The notes beneath the pieces are model-generated. The model had not been told where the DNA came from and made no database searches. It worked only from the letters and a program-made list of their open reading frames with translations. This document shows positions 14,892 to 29,010 of a DNA stretch of 64,000 nucleotides, one piece after another. Position numbers and translations under genes: made by a program. Position 1 is the first letter of the stretch, and each line of letters begins with the position of its first letter. Origin of the DNA: Geosiphon pyriformis uo1 (Eukaryota > Fungi > Glomeromycota); contig JAAOMT010000483.1 of NCBI GenBank assembly GCA_016748015.1, positions 1 to 64,000 of the forward strand, given 5' to 3'.

Positions 14892-15652
14892 ATGGACTTA
14901 TTGGATTAAATTTTACAACTCTTAAAACAACTATTTGATGCAAGTCAATATTCCACAGTGTAAATAAAAATCACAATTGATAAAAAAGAGATATAATACA
15001 AAAATAGGAGCAGGAAAAAAATGGGCAAAAGTTCAACTAAAACTAAAAAATCTTATCCCTACAAACAACTTTTCATCCCAATAATTGGTGTTTTGTACAA
15101 TAATCAAGAAAAAAGGGAAGGACAAAAAAAAAAGATACATCATGAGAAAAACCCAACACAAGTAAGAAGAGAAGAAAGATAACAGAAATGAATATGTGTT
15201 AAGAAAAGCTCGAAAAAATCAAAAAAGCTTTAAGCAAAATAACCAAAAAACCAGCAACAGAAAAATAAACACCAGAAAATGCCAGAGTATAGAAAGAAAA
15301 ACTGCCACTAGTCTACTGGTTTTATAAGATTAGTAAACAACTAAAATTGAGTTCAGTATACAAAAACCACAATCATCAGACATTCAACAAATTGGCTCTC
15401 AAACAAATAGAAAAATTCATAAAAAGAAGCAATCTAACACTGAATTACAAAGCAGCATATCATTTATACTTAGCATTTAAACATTGTCTAGCCATATTAT
15501 TAAACAGTTCATTAACAACTATTATGATTAACAATGTATAATGAATGACAAATAATTAATTTAAAGACTTACAAAAAACAATACTCAACATTACAATCAA
15601 ACACTACACAGATTTTACAAATACATACAATTTCACAGAAGCTTAATTCTAA
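14892..15652 (+). pseudogene. ORF3 of F (unknown accessory protein, decayed)
   Basis: The N-terminus MDLLD*ILQLLKQLFDASQYSTV*IKITID aligns with A2 ORF3. It ends YNFTEA*F* at the PPT. Confidence 0.55.
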
Positions 15653-15665
15653 AAGAGAAAGATAA

Positions 15666-16576
15666 TATTATCCAAGTAAAAAAACCAATCCAAAGTTATA
15701 AAAAAAATGTGACCAAAAATGTAATAACATAAAATAACACAGAATAATACAAAAAAACACAGAATAACATGTAATAACTCAGAATAACATAATACAAAAC
15801 TTGATAATATGTTATAGCACAAAATAACTAGTTGAAATATAGAATAACTAATAATAATGTAGAAGAATAAAGCAATAACAGAAATAACAAAGCAATAGCT
15901 AACAAGAATAAAACAATTAAAAAACAATCCTGTAAAACCAAAAAAAATATATAAAAATAAGTAGTTGTAGAAGTCAGAAAAGCATTCAAACAAAAATCAA
16001 TTTTTTTCTTCCTTATAATTATTACATCTTACAAAAATAAAAGACTTATTTAAAAACCACAAAATCTTTGATACATAGTTATTAATTATCTTGTATTTGA
16101 ATTGAACTAATTCTTGTTTTATACTTTTATTCCAGAACAGATGCTCTTAGCATAAATACCTCAAACTCTTAATAATCTGGACCAATCACTTTTGATCATG
16201 GTAATTAATAATACTAATTTATTTTTTTTTATTTTTTTTTATTTTATTTTTTTTATTTTATTTATTTTATTTTATTTTATTTTATTTTTTTTATTTTATT
16301 TTATTTTATTTTTTTGTAGAGTGGCAACATAAAAAAATTAACTGTCTGAGAATGAATTTTGTAATAGCCTGGTAAAAGAGAGAGACTTCCCTTAAGTTTG
16401 AATATCAATATTATCTTAGTAGCTTACTAAAAAAATGAAAAAACACTACTAAATTCTAATAATTGTACTTGTTAGCTCAGAAAAAATAGCTTACATTTAC
16501 ATACAAAACATTGCAATACCATAAAACATTTCTCTGTGTCTTATAACTAAAGAACTCTATAAGTAAATTCATAACA
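15666..16576 (+). repeat. 3' LTR of F (~910 bp)
   Basis: Follows the PPT. U3 tandem repeats (CACAGAATAA-like) 15720-15900, TATA ~15950, TGATCA hairpin 16183-16207, ends CATAACA. Confidence 0.6.
16215..16315. repeat. (TTTTA)n microsatellite within F LTR
   Basis: Direct reading of TTTTA/TTTTTA iterations. Confidence 0.85.
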
Positions 16577-18494
16577 ATTAAACAAACTTTTAAAAACTAA
16601 TAACATCAATACAACAAACCAGTCTACTGAACAAAAACCCTTAAAAGCTTCTTAGAAATCCAAGTTTTGAGCACCAAATATTATCACTATATCTTACCAA
16701 GTTTACTTATAACAGCTATTAACATAACTTATTTTTAATATATATTTTAAATTAATATAATAGCTAAAAAACTGGTTATATTTTTTTATTTTATACAAAA
16801 AAAAATTATAAAAAATATATTACAACAATAAAAAAACTTTATTTTAATTCAAATTATATAGTTATTAGTCAGTTTAAAATCAGTTATAATATAATTTAAA
16901 CAATTATTGTAAATATTTTCAAAAAATTTGATAAATTTAAAACACATCTTAATTCTTAGTAAACTATTTTTTAAATAAGACTATCTAATAAAATTATATG
17001 TTTTATGTATATTTTGCAAAATTAATCACAATTTACAATCTTTTTTCAAAACATTTTTTATAATTAATCTTATAACAAAAATTGGTAATAAAGTTAATAT
17101 ATTTTTAGAACTGAAAAATTGTTATTATAAAAAATATTAAATCTACTGTATATATTAAAAATACAATTTAATAACAATTTTAACAAAAATTTCCAAACAG
17201 TCTTAATTAAAACTATAAGATAAATATTTGTTAAAATTTTTTTCCAATTATAAGATTTAAGAATTATTAAAATCTATATATATTTTTATTAATTAAATAT
17301 TAATTTCAAGACTAATAAAAGTTTATAAATCCAAAATACTTTTATTATAATGTTGTTATAGCTTATTTAAAATATTAAAAAGCTTTGTTACCTTGTTTAT
17401 AAAAAGCAAATTAACTGCCAAAAAAATTATCTAATAAAATCTAATTTATTATTATTAAAAAAGCAGATTTATTCAAAAAATTTAATGAGATATATTGTCA
17501 TTGCTATAAAAAAAAATTTATTCAGAATAATTCAATTTCTAATTTATTTTAACATAATAAAATTTATTATTAACTTAATTTTATTAAAAATTTAAACAAA
17601 TTTATTATTAATTATTAAATAATTTAATACTATTTTGTAAAAAAAACATTACAAAATATTGTATATTATGTAATTTTTGTTATTAACAAAATTTTTTATG
17701 TATTTACTAATTGCTATGTTGATTTTACTTGAAACTTTTTAACATAGTAAATTTTTCTAACTTTATAAAAGACTAAACTAATAATATTAAAACTTAAGCT
17801 ATTATGTATAAGATTTTAAACAACTTTAATTTGTGTTAAAATACAATTTTAGCCACTTATATATAAATTTAATAAAATTTATATTCTTAACTAACAATAA
17901 ATATTTAAGTAATTTAAAAATTAGTAGTTTTAATCATAAAAAATAAAAAAAACAGAAATTTTTAATACACAATATTTTATTAATTTAACTCTTAAAAAAC
18001 ATCTAATTTGTAATAAAACATACTATATTTTTAATATATTTTTATATTGTATTTAAGTCTTTTTTTAATCTTAATTTTTCAAAATTGTATTTAATTACAT
18101 CTGATTTTTATAAAATAATATTCTTAAATCTAATTTAAATCTAACTATTTATTTTAAAAGCTTAGAATAGAATTAGAGAAATTTAGATTTCTGTTTATAA
18201 AGATTTTAGTTTTAATTAATATTAAAAAGCTTTCCAATTATATCATAAATAAGATGATTTTTTTGCTTAATATTAAAAAAAATCATGTAATTTGTTTTAG
18301 AAAGTAGTATTAGTGTTTATTTTTTATTGTTTTAAATAATATAATTTGAACTAATTAAGTAGCTAACTATATATAAAAAATATGTAAATTATGTTTAATT
18401 TAAAATTTTAAATAGTTATATTGTATTAAATAGTAATTACAATTTTTAATTCTAATATAATTAAAAAAAATCTTTTTTTTGTTGGTCTTTTAGT

Positions 18495-21400
18495 TATGAC
18501 AAAAGCAAAAAATTTATCAAAGATATAGTTTTTTTTTTCTTTGTTTTCCTTAATTGTTTCTTTAAACACACCTCTATTTGTAGTAATAAAACTGATAGGA
18601 TTATTTGGTGATGGTTTTGGCTTTGATTTGGCTGGATTGGAGATCTGCTTTAATACCAAAAAAAACATGTAAAGAGTATCTATTCTTATAATGTGTTGTA
18701 TAAGAAGCTGAAAAAACCTGAAGTTAATGGTAGTATAATCAACTTATTTGTTAGACTTTTAAGTTTAATAAATATTAGAGAATCTGATGCAAAGCCTGCA
18801 ATATTATGAGATAACAAAATTGGTAGTATAACTAGTAATATTAATAGTTTTTCTAACATAGAAAATATGAAAAATATGTTTACTAAGAAAACTAGCTACA
18901 CAAATTCAGATGCTTTTGTAAGTAGTAAGAATAAGGACAAAACAATGCTTAAAAAAACCCATACTCAAACATATGTATTGGAACATTCACTAAAAATTTT
19001 AATGTTTGATAATATAAGCAACAATAATAATATTTTGATGCTTTTATCTTCCAAGTTTGTTGGTTCAATACTATTGGCTGGGTTATATGCTTCAGAGAAA
19101 TGTAATTTTGAGCCAGTCAAATTTTTTACATTAAATATCAAACTGTTTGCTGTGCTTGACAAAACCAATTATAATAAATTAATTGCTATGAAAAAATTTT
19201 TTATTATTAATAGTTTTGAGAAGCTTTTACTTCTTCAAAATTTTTTGAAATAATCAGATTTTTTTTTACATCTAAGTTGAATTTGAAAAAGATAAGAGAA
19301 TTGGCTGTTAGTAAGAAAATTCTGGTTAATAATAACATAAAAAAAACAAATAACCATATAAATTAGGAGATAATCATTAAGGAAATCTTAGTAGATCTTT
19401 CTAAATCAACAGTAAAAACAGTTTTTTCCAAATTTGACAAAATTACTTTAATTAAAATACAATTAATTGGTCTTTGGCAAAAGGCTTTAATTGAGTTTAA
19501 GTTAGTAGATATTGTCTGTCTGGTTACTTTTAAGTAGTTAGTTCTTATGAAAAAAAATTCTGTATATGTGACTTTGGTAATTAATAATAAATAGTCATAA
19601 GTATCCAGAAATTTTTATTAAGTATTGTTGTATACTTTGCCAGTTGGCACTACTGTTTATAATCTCTCTAATTTGTTGAAATCATATGGTAAAAAAATCT
19701 GTTGTATTGGCTGTAATCTAAGTTTGTATGTACATAATAGGTGTATTATAGTTTGTTTTGCTAATAAAACATTCAAAGTGGCTATTATTAGCTCTATTCT
19801 AGTTTTTAAGAGTGTAAATTTGCATTGAACTGGCCTTTTTTTGGCCTGTTGTGTCCAGTATAAACAATTTGGTCATGTTTCTAATATGTGTTTAGTGGGT
19901 GGAAATCTTGGAATTTGTGGTAAATAAGTGGTTACTTTTTAGAATCAGGTTCATTTAGCCAATATAAAAAAAAAGCAGACTTCTATTACTTATCTAATAT
20001 CTTTTGGTGGAAAAACTTGGGTTTAGATTGTTAGTAGTTCTACTTTTTATGTGGTATTTTTAGTCTTTTCTAGTGCTGATTCATTTTCAAATGTTAAACT
20101 TGTTCTACTAGTTTTTTTGAAAGTTAATAATAAGTTTGCTACTTTTAAGCACAGTCTTATCAGTCTTATATAGCAAGTTAATAAGCTGGTTAAGAAATTG
20201 GATGTATTTGGGCCAATGATTTCTTAGTCAAGCTCTGAATGTTAGCCATTAATAACCTTTTCATTACAGAATTAAGAAGTAAATATAATAATAAGTGAAA
20301 GTTTGGATGCAGCCATTAATGATAAGATTGTTGTAAAAGTAGTAGTTTTTGATCAATTATTTGTTTCAAAGTTAGAAATAAATATGGACAATCTGTTAGT
20401 TACAGTTATAAGCCTAATGACCAAAGTAAAAAATTTTAATTTGGATGTAAAAGATCTCTTTTCTTAATAACAGATTTGGTTTGGAAGTTTGTTATTTGTA
20501 ATATTAAAGGCATAAATGTCTCTGCCAAGCAGAAAGACATTGTTTGTTGGTATATGAATTTGGATATTATAGTTTTTTTTGTGACAGAAACAAAGTTAAG
20601 ATTTAATATCAAATCTTGGATTGCAAATAAGTTTGAGAGAATACAAATTTTCACATCTGGTTTGGAAAAAAGTTTTTTTGGTGCTGGAATAGTTATTATT
20701 ATAAACAATTTTTTGGTATAAAATGTCTTCAAAGTAAAAGAGGTTTCTAATTGTATTGTTTTAGTATAACTTCTTTTTAAAAACAAGCTTTTAGTCATGG
20801 TTTTGGGTTTATATGCTGATGCTTTCACTAAGACTAAGTTTAATCAAACTTCAGAAGTTAATTCTCTTATTGTCAAAGCTATTAACTCCAATACTTTTGT
20901 GGTTTTGGATGAAAATTTTAACAAAAATGGGTCTAGGAAAAGTGCAAGTTTTAAGTTTTGTCTGAATTTGGGTTTGGTCAACTTATTTATTTATTTATTG
21001 GTCAAAGCCTCAATTTGAGGCAACTTAAAAGATGTAAAAAAAATTATAGATTACATTTTTGTTAATAAAAGTCTATTATTAACAGTTACTGATCATAAAA
21101 TTGATTCTGTGTCTATATTTTTTAACATTAATCACAAGACTGTTTTGGTTTTGATTGGTTTAGATAAATTTTTAGATGTTTGTTTAAATGACTTGTGCAA
21201 ACAAACCAATAAAGATTGTTAAAAGTTCAAAATTAAGAATGCAAATAGTGCCAAGTAAATATAATTTAAAGAACATTTTTCTCTCAAGCTTTTGGTGGTA
21301 AAAAATAAATTTTCAAATGCTAAGACTTGTAATAATTTAGATACTATGTAGATGTTGCTGAAAAAAGTGATAATGAAGTCAACTAATAAAATATTTTCAA

Positions 21401-24400
21401 GATATTGGTTCAGTGAATTTTAATGTTTGAAGAACAAACAATTTTCTAAGTTTTTTGAATTGGAATTGTTAATTGCCAAGATTGTTAAGAAGTTGAGCTC
21501 AGGTAACATGCTTAAATTTGATTGTTTTATTAAGAAATAGTTAACTTTAGATAGTAATAAGACTTTTATAATTGTGAATATGATTTGGAATGATGAAAAA
21601 CCAATGAATATTCTTAGACATTTGTTATTAGTTTAAAAAAAATACAGAAAGTTTAAAATGTACAAGTTAAGATTGGCTGAAAAAGTGTTTATCAAGAAGA
21701 CAATTGAGAAGCACATAGAAAATTTTTGTTTTAATAAAAGTGGTATGATTAAAAATATTTTGGATTGGTCTTTTTGCAAAATGGTTCTAGATTATTTGCT
21801 AGTAAACAGTAAGTTGGTTCTGAAACCAGAAAAAATAAAGCTCAATGTCAATAAGATAATAAAGAGTTGAACAAAGAAGTAGGCTGTGTTTATGACAATG
21901 CCTAATTTTTGGGTTTATTAATATGCACTATTGGATTATATAAAAGATAATACTTTCTTTAATATAATAAAAAAAATTAGTATAGAAGAATTGTTTTTAA
22001 TAATTGATAGTCTGCCTGATGGCAAAACTGCTGGTTTGTCTGGCATTTTTAATGAACTTTGAAAGCATAATAACAATAAAATAGTGGAATGTCTTTTGAA
22101 TTTGTTGAATATATATTTGTCTATTAATAGTGTTTTTACTTTATAGAAGAAAGCTTGGATCTCAATAATTTCTAAACTTTATAATTGGAATAAAGTTTTA
22201 ATGAATACTTAACTTATTGCTTTAATCAAGACTGTCAAAAAAAAAATTTTCAAGATTTTATCTGATCAGATTTTGTCAACATATAACAAGTTTGGTGTTT
22301 TCTAAGATAATAATTTTTCAGTTTTAAAGAATATATTTACTCAGTCTTCTGTATTTGCTGTTGAATCAGTAATTAAAAATGCTCTTAAGAAGAATAAAAA
22401 ACTTTAGTTGGTCTTACAGAATATGTATAAAACATACAACTCAGTTGGTTGGTACCATTTGAAAACTAGCTTGTAATAAATCAAAATGTGTAATAGATTT
22501 ATTAGATTTTTTGGCAACATATATGAAAATAAAGTTAATAGAGTAATAATTAATTTTGGCTTTTTAAGTAACTATAAAATGCATAATAAATTGGATTAGA
22601 GTGAAGTCTTCTTACTTCTTCTTTGAAAAATTTTTTATGATCCACTTTTGTGCAAAATTAAAAGACATAAACATTTGTGTGAATACCAAATTAATACTAA
22701 GTTTGTGACAAAGATTGGCAGAATTAAAAATAACAGTGAAATATTCAAGTCAAATGTAACCAAAACTTATTTTAATGTTCAATTTTTTGTTAATATGGTG
22801 CTTAGAAAAGCTATTATAGATAAGCAGTTCTCTTATTTAGTGTTGGCTGTTTTGTACCCCATAATTAATTATAAGACTTAGTTTAGTTTTGTCTTATTAA
22901 ATGTGTATTGCAAGTAAAATATTATAATTAAGAAGGGTCTTAAGTTTAAAGTCTGTTTGTTTCATAATTTTTTTAGTAAGACTTTATATTATTCTACTTT
23001 GTATAATCTGAAATCATTTAAACAAATACACTTTAAAAGAAAATTGGCTGTTTTAATCTTTTTTTTTAATATTTTGGGTATTTTTAAATACTTATTTAAT
23101 CATAGATTCTTGGATTTGCAGATTTTGGATTGGACTTTTTTGAATTCTTTGCAATTTTTTATTAAATTGCATGTTAGTTCAATGAACAATTTTTTGGCTA
23201 GAGTAATAAGAATTTTTTTAAACAATAAGCTGTTTTTGATAAACAATCTGTCCAATACTTTTTATAGTTCCAGTAACTTTCTGATGTTAGTAATTTTAGG
23301 GAAAACCATATATCTTAATTCTATTTGCTCCTTAAAGCAATTTGAAATTGTTTTTGGTAATAGGCTTTTTGATAAAAAAAACAATGTAATGAATTGAAAA
23401 ACTTTTTATTAATAGAAGAAGCTGAATCCTAAGAGTTCTGTGCCTTATTGGTTTAAGCTTATATCAAAATTTTTGTGTAATAGAGGTTTTGTGTTGAGTA
23501 ATCTTGCTGAAATCAATCAGTTGTTGGACTTAAACATTTTGGAATTTAAGAGATTTTTTGACATTCAGAGTGGTTTACATGAGATTTGGTCTGGTTTGTT
23601 TGAAGTTTATACAGATGGTTTATTAAAAAATACTGGCTCTGCTAATATTACTAATAAGGCAGCTGCATATTTTTCAGCTGTGAATATGGATGTTGGTATT
23701 AAAGTACATGAGATTTTACCTTTTATTATGGCCAAATTATAGGCTGTTGCTCTGTTTTTGAAATGTGTTTCATTTTTCTGCACAATAATTTTGCATCTTG
23801 ACAGCCAAGCTGCTATTGATATATATGTGTCTAAAGTATTATTTACTGTATTAGACTTTCATAATTGATGCTAGATAGAAAGAAGACATATTGTTAATCT
23901 AATTAGGAATAAAAATTTTATTGTAAGTTAAATAAAGATCAAAAGTTATTTGGAAATTTATGGTAATATGAAGGCTAATATATTAACAAACAAGACTGTT
24001 TACTTTCCTTTTTTTTTGTTAATAAGAGTACAGAAATGTTTTCTAATGGCTAAAAACACAGTTGTATCTAACAATGTCTGTTATTTTGTTTGAAATTTAT
24101 ATAGATTTGTTTGTCATGTTCATTGGAAAGCTGGCTTTGGCCACAGTATAATTTTAAGTATGCTAATTAAAAATGTTGATTGGATGGTTACTATAAAGAT
24201 TTGGCATTTTGATTTACATATACTTTTTGGGTTTACCAATAAAAAATCTGCCAATCTGTACACATATTTGATGAAAACTGTGCATAAATGACTGCCTATG
24301 GCAGTTAGAAAAAGATTGTATAATAAGAAATATTCTAATGTATTGTGTTTGTTGTATGATGAAGTAAAGTTGTTTGACTATTGTATTCAAAATACTGGTG

Positions 24401-24680
24401 TTTGAAAAGAGATTTTGGCTAAGATTTTTATATGATGAATAATGTTTGTAAGTACTTATGAGCAGCTTTTTTCTGCTATTTTGCAAATTTTTTTTAGGTG
24501 TTTCTTAAATATGGATTTGTATACAATAGTTTACAAAAAATTTGTGTTAAGAGATTGATATATGGAAGCTATTAAGATTTTTAATAAAAAAAAAAAAGTT
24601 ATTTTAAAGATTTTAAAATATGTAAGATATTTGGTAGAATTATATTATACTAAAGCATAGTTGGTATTATTGAATTCTTT
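18495..24680 (+). mobile_element. Degenerate non-LTR (LINE-type) retrotransposon: ORF1 (RRM-like plus CCHC) and ORF2 (APE endonuclease, RT, RNase H, C-terminal Cys motif)
   Basis: ORF1 knuckle CVQYKQFGHVSNMC ~19850. APE start WKFVICNIKGIN...VTETKL (20476). RT motifs KTAGLSGI, LIALIKT, LQNMYKTYNSV. RNase H VYTDGLLKN (23600). LPMAVRKRLYN...VLCLL near 24300. Boundaries approximate. Confidence 0.85.
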
Positions 24681-26275
24681 ACAGTTAATTTTATTCATTG
24701 CAAATCATTTGTTTTTTTTTCAGTTTAAATGGTAATATATATGTTTATATAAATATATAATATTGTTTTGTTTGGTCTAAGTGATTAGCCATATGTAGTA
24801 AGTACATGAATCATATTTAATTTAAGCCACTTAGTCTGATTTTATGTACTAGATAGTGATTGGACTTTACTTAATAAATTGCTAATAAAAAAAAAATTTT
24901 TTAATTCTTTTTTAAAATATTTTTTATTATTAAACTTATTACAAAAATAAAAAACTAAATTAAAATGTTTTTTAAAACCAAAAAATTATTATTATAAAAA
25001 ATTTAATAAAAAAATTCTTAAAATGTATATTTTTAATAATTTTAATTAAAATAATAAGTCAAATATTTATTGATATCTAAGTTTTTTTATAGTTTAAAAA
25101 CCAATTTATTTAGCAAATATATATTTAACAAATTTATTATAATACTTTCAAAATTTATTTATAATATTAAATAAATTAAAATTTTTATAATTTGACAAAC
25201 TTTTAAATATATTTAATAATAATATTTTTTTATTATTTTAAAAAATAGTTTATTATTTAATAAAATAGATTAATAATATTATAAATTAAAAATTTTATTT
25301 AATATTATTTTTTAGTTTTATTTTTTTATTATTTTATCTATTTTAAAATCAATTTATTTTTTATAATTAAATAATCCAAAACTATCTTTTAAACCAAATA
25401 TTTTAAACCATTTTTAATTACACAATTCTTAATTTTAGATTTTTTAGTTACATAAAATTTATAAAATTTATATAATATTATTAATATTAAAATCTTTTTT
25501 ATTATATATTAAATTATTAAAGTTGTTATTTTATCAAAATAATATATGTATAAAAGTTTTTTAAATTTATTATTAAATTTTAATTTCAATTTTTTAACAA
25601 TTTTATATATTAAAAGCTTTAATTTATAGAACTTTAAAGAATTTTTTGTTTTGTTAAATTCAAAAAATTAAAATCTTAAAAACACAAAATTTCATGAATA
25701 AAAACTTATATTTATTTAAATTTTCATTTTTTCTTAGTTTTTTAAACTTATTTGTTATGTTAATTGTTTTTAATAAAAAAATATCTTTGAATTATTTCTA
25801 TTTAAAATCATTTCTATTTTTAATTTCATACTTTATTTGTTTGTTTATACAAAGCAATAAGCTATATATTCAATAAAATACTTAGGCTGATTGATACAAA
25901 AACAGCAATATAGTTAATTATCTTTTTTATCTCTTTTAAATTGTTTTAAATTAAAATCTTAACTGCAGAATTACTTATTAAAAAATTGACCAAACCTAAA
26001 TCTAAATCTGTGTTTTTAGAAAAAATGCTTTTAAAAATTTTTGTTTAGTTGCTTTTACTACTAAAAATACTTTTTTGGTTGTTGTTTTTTAGTTCTAAAA
26101 GTGATTGCTTCTTTTCTCTTTTGTGGACAAAAAAAATCTTTTGCTGTTTCCTCCGAGTACGTGATCGGGTAAAGATCTACAATTGATTCCATCCACTTAC
26201 ATTCTTGATCAATTTTTTCTTCCCTTTTTGCTCTTCTTAAAATTGAGCTTCAACAACACGGACAAACCATAGAAA

Positions 26276-28503
26276 ATGTTTAGAAATGTTGTGCGCGCTG
26301 CCTCTCCGTTGGCCGCCTCATTAGCCCGGCGGTCTGAGCCCACTTTATGCGCCAACATATCTGTTGTAAAGGCTACCAACCTTAACGCCTTCAATATCGC
26401 TCTGCGGAACTATGCTGCTGTTAAGCCTTCTACTTCCGAAATCTCCTCGATTTTGGAAGAGCGCATTTTGGGGCTTTCTTCGAGTGTAGATATTCAGGAA
26501 ACTGGTCGTGTTTTATCAATTGGTGATGGTATTGCTCGTGTCTACGGTTTACAAAATGTTCAAGCCGAGGAAATGGTAGAATTTTCGAGTGGTGTCAAGG
26601 CAAGTCTTTCTTCCGAGTACAATATATTCGTATAATTATGCTGGATATTACTGAAACCTAAAAGTAATTTTAATATATGATGCCTGATATCAGTTTCAAA
26701 TTTTCGTCGGAGATATGACTACTCTCCTGTTTTGCAACCCTTTTCTGTAAAATTCAAAGAACTGATGTAATAAAACGGAATTGATATTATGTAAATAGGG
26801 TATGGCTCTTAATTTGGAACCAGATAACGTCGGTATTGTGGTGTTTGGTAGCGATAGATTGATCAAAGAAGGAGATACTGTGAAGCGAACGGGTCAAATT
26901 GTTGATGTACCAGTTGGCCCCGGTCTCCTTGGTCGTGTTGTTGATGCTCTCGGTAATCCAATCGATGGCAAAGGCCCTATCGAGTCTGTAGAGCGGAAGC
27001 GTGTTCAAGTAAAGGCACCAGGTATCTTGCCACGCCGCTCTGTACACGAACCTATGTTTACTGGGATCAAATCTGTGGACGCAATGGTACCCATTGGACG
27101 TGGTCAACGTGAATTAATTATTGGTGATCGTCAGACAGGGAAAACAGCTGTTGCGCTTGACACAATTCTTAATCAGAAAAAATGGAACGATGGCAACGAT
27201 GAATCCCAAAAATTATACTGTGTTTATGTTGCTGTTGGTCAAAAACGATCTACGGTTGCTCAATTGGTGCAGACTCTAGAAGAGAATGGTGAACTCAATA
27301 AATCTTATGTAAAATATTTATTTTCTACAAATCATTATTGACGTTTCTGTATATACAGATGCTTTGAAATACTCTATTATTGTTGCTGCCACTGCTTCTG
27401 AGGCAGCCCCTCTTCAGTACTTGGCACCATTTTCTGGTTGTACATTCGGTGAATGGTTCCGTGATAATGGCAAACATGCCTTAATCATTTATGATGATCT
27501 ATCTAAACAAGCTGTCGCCTATCGCCAAATGTCTCTTTTGCTGCGCCGTCCTCCTGGGCGTGAAGCTTATCCTGGTGATGTATTTTACCTCCATTCCCGT
27601 CTACTAGAACGGTCTGCCAAATTGAATGAAAAAAATGGTGCTGGCTCTTTGACAGCTTTGCCTATTATCGAAACTCAGGGTGGTGACGTATCTGCATATA
27701 TTCCTACTAATGTTATTTCTATTACGGATGGGCAAATCTTTTTGGAAGCCGAACTTTTCTTCAAAGGGTGTGTAAATTTATTTACCTTTCCTTAATTCAT
27801 GCATATATTTTTACTACTTTTTGTTTTATTTCTAGTATAAGGCCTGCCATCAATGTCGGTCTGTCTGTAAGTTTCATAATTGTATGGATATATCTCGCTT
27901 CCTTGTTTAAACTTCACATTTCATTTAGGTCAGCAGAGTGGGAAGTGCGGCTCAAACAAAAGCCATGAAGCAAGTAGCAGGTTCTCTAAAACTTTACTTG
28001 GCACAATACCGTGAGGTCGCTGCGGTGAGTTAGACAATCAATTCTTCCGAATTATATTAGTTACATTTAGGTCTTTTTCTCATTGAAATTTTTTGAAAGT
28101 TCGCCCAATTCGGATCTGATCTAGACGCATCTACTCGTTTCCTGTTGAATCGTGGGGAACGTCTAACGGAACTACTTAAGGTATCCAATTCCTTCCTTTA
28201 CAATGAGTCTTTAGCCTCCACTTGGTATTTACTTTGGCTTCAAAATTATTTATGGATATGAAGCAACCTCAATATCGACCTCTTCCTATTGAACATCAAG
28301 TTCCACTGATCTTTGCTGGTGTAAATGGATTCTTGGATAAAATTCCTACTCAACGAATAACGGAGTTTGAAGCCAACTTTATTGCATTTTTGGTTTCCAA
28401 CCACAATGATTTATTAAATACTATAAAGAAAGAAGGTCAAATATCTGAGACAACCAATAAGAAATTACGCGACGTCACTACGGAATTTTTGACTTCTTTC
28501 TAA
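26276..28503 (+). CDS. ATP1: Mitochondrial F1-ATP synthase subunit alpha, nuclear-encoded; exons 26276-26599, 26799-27288, 27359-27767, 27836-27866, 27929-28024, 28100-28180, 28264-28503 (1671 nt, 556 aa)
   Basis: Joined exons give a continuous alpha subunit: GDGIARVYG, Walker [45 protein letters not shown]. Arg-rich N-terminal presequence ending RNYA. All splice junctions keep frame. Confidence 0.97.
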
Positions 28504-29010
28504 TAAATCTAGCGCATTCTTAATAAACCTGAAAAAAAAACGATTTTAGAATTCGCGGACAATATTTTGCTTGTTAGTTTAGCCTCTTTTTTATTAATGT
28601 CCAAATATCTTGATACAAAGAACTTTTGACTTTTGATTTCAATAAGCTTTAGTAACTTTTATATTGTATTTTAATAAAATTTATTCGTTTAAATAAAGAC
28701 GATATTCATATTCGTCTGGAATTTGGCTCGGATCACTGAAACGGGATTAGTCAACAAGGAACTTGTAGATCAAGGCTCAGCTGGGTAAGATGATTTGCTT
28801 TTCTAAGAAAAGGGACAATTAATGACAAATTTCATGAACAATAGACTAATTATCAATATTTATGAAATTAATATTAAATAATTTTTGTTTTGTACATTAT
28901 TAAAATTTTTATTTTGTATGTTTATTATTAGATTATTACTCAAACATAATGTTAAACTTTAATGTCATTTTATTTAAAAAAAAATTTTTATATATTTTTA
29001 ATAAATATAG

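Larger units (their letters stand above)
10629..16576 (+). mobile_element. Element F: 5'-truncated Ty3/Gypsy (Cys-rich, dUTPase, RT, RH, INT, ORF3, 3' LTR)
   Basis: dUTPase (DIGFNLRY, IIDAEYT) 11210-11635; RT SPWFSPVVLV and YLNN at 12652; RH ITIDASKNTLGAVL; stop 13431-13433; INT from ATG 13444; PPT 15651-15665. Confidence 0.85.

Noticed and set aside
16600-18450. Possible further transposon relic (also 24700-26050)
   Set aside because: Too eroded; no motif or terminus that I can support.
26787-27107. Antisense ORFs over ATP1 (also 26209-26394)
   Set aside because: Shadow frames of a conserved coding exon with no independent features.
26276-28503. Bacterial atpA, endosymbiont DNA or a mitochondrial insertion
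   Set aside because: Six spliceosomal introns and a mitochondrial presequence indicate a nuclear gene.
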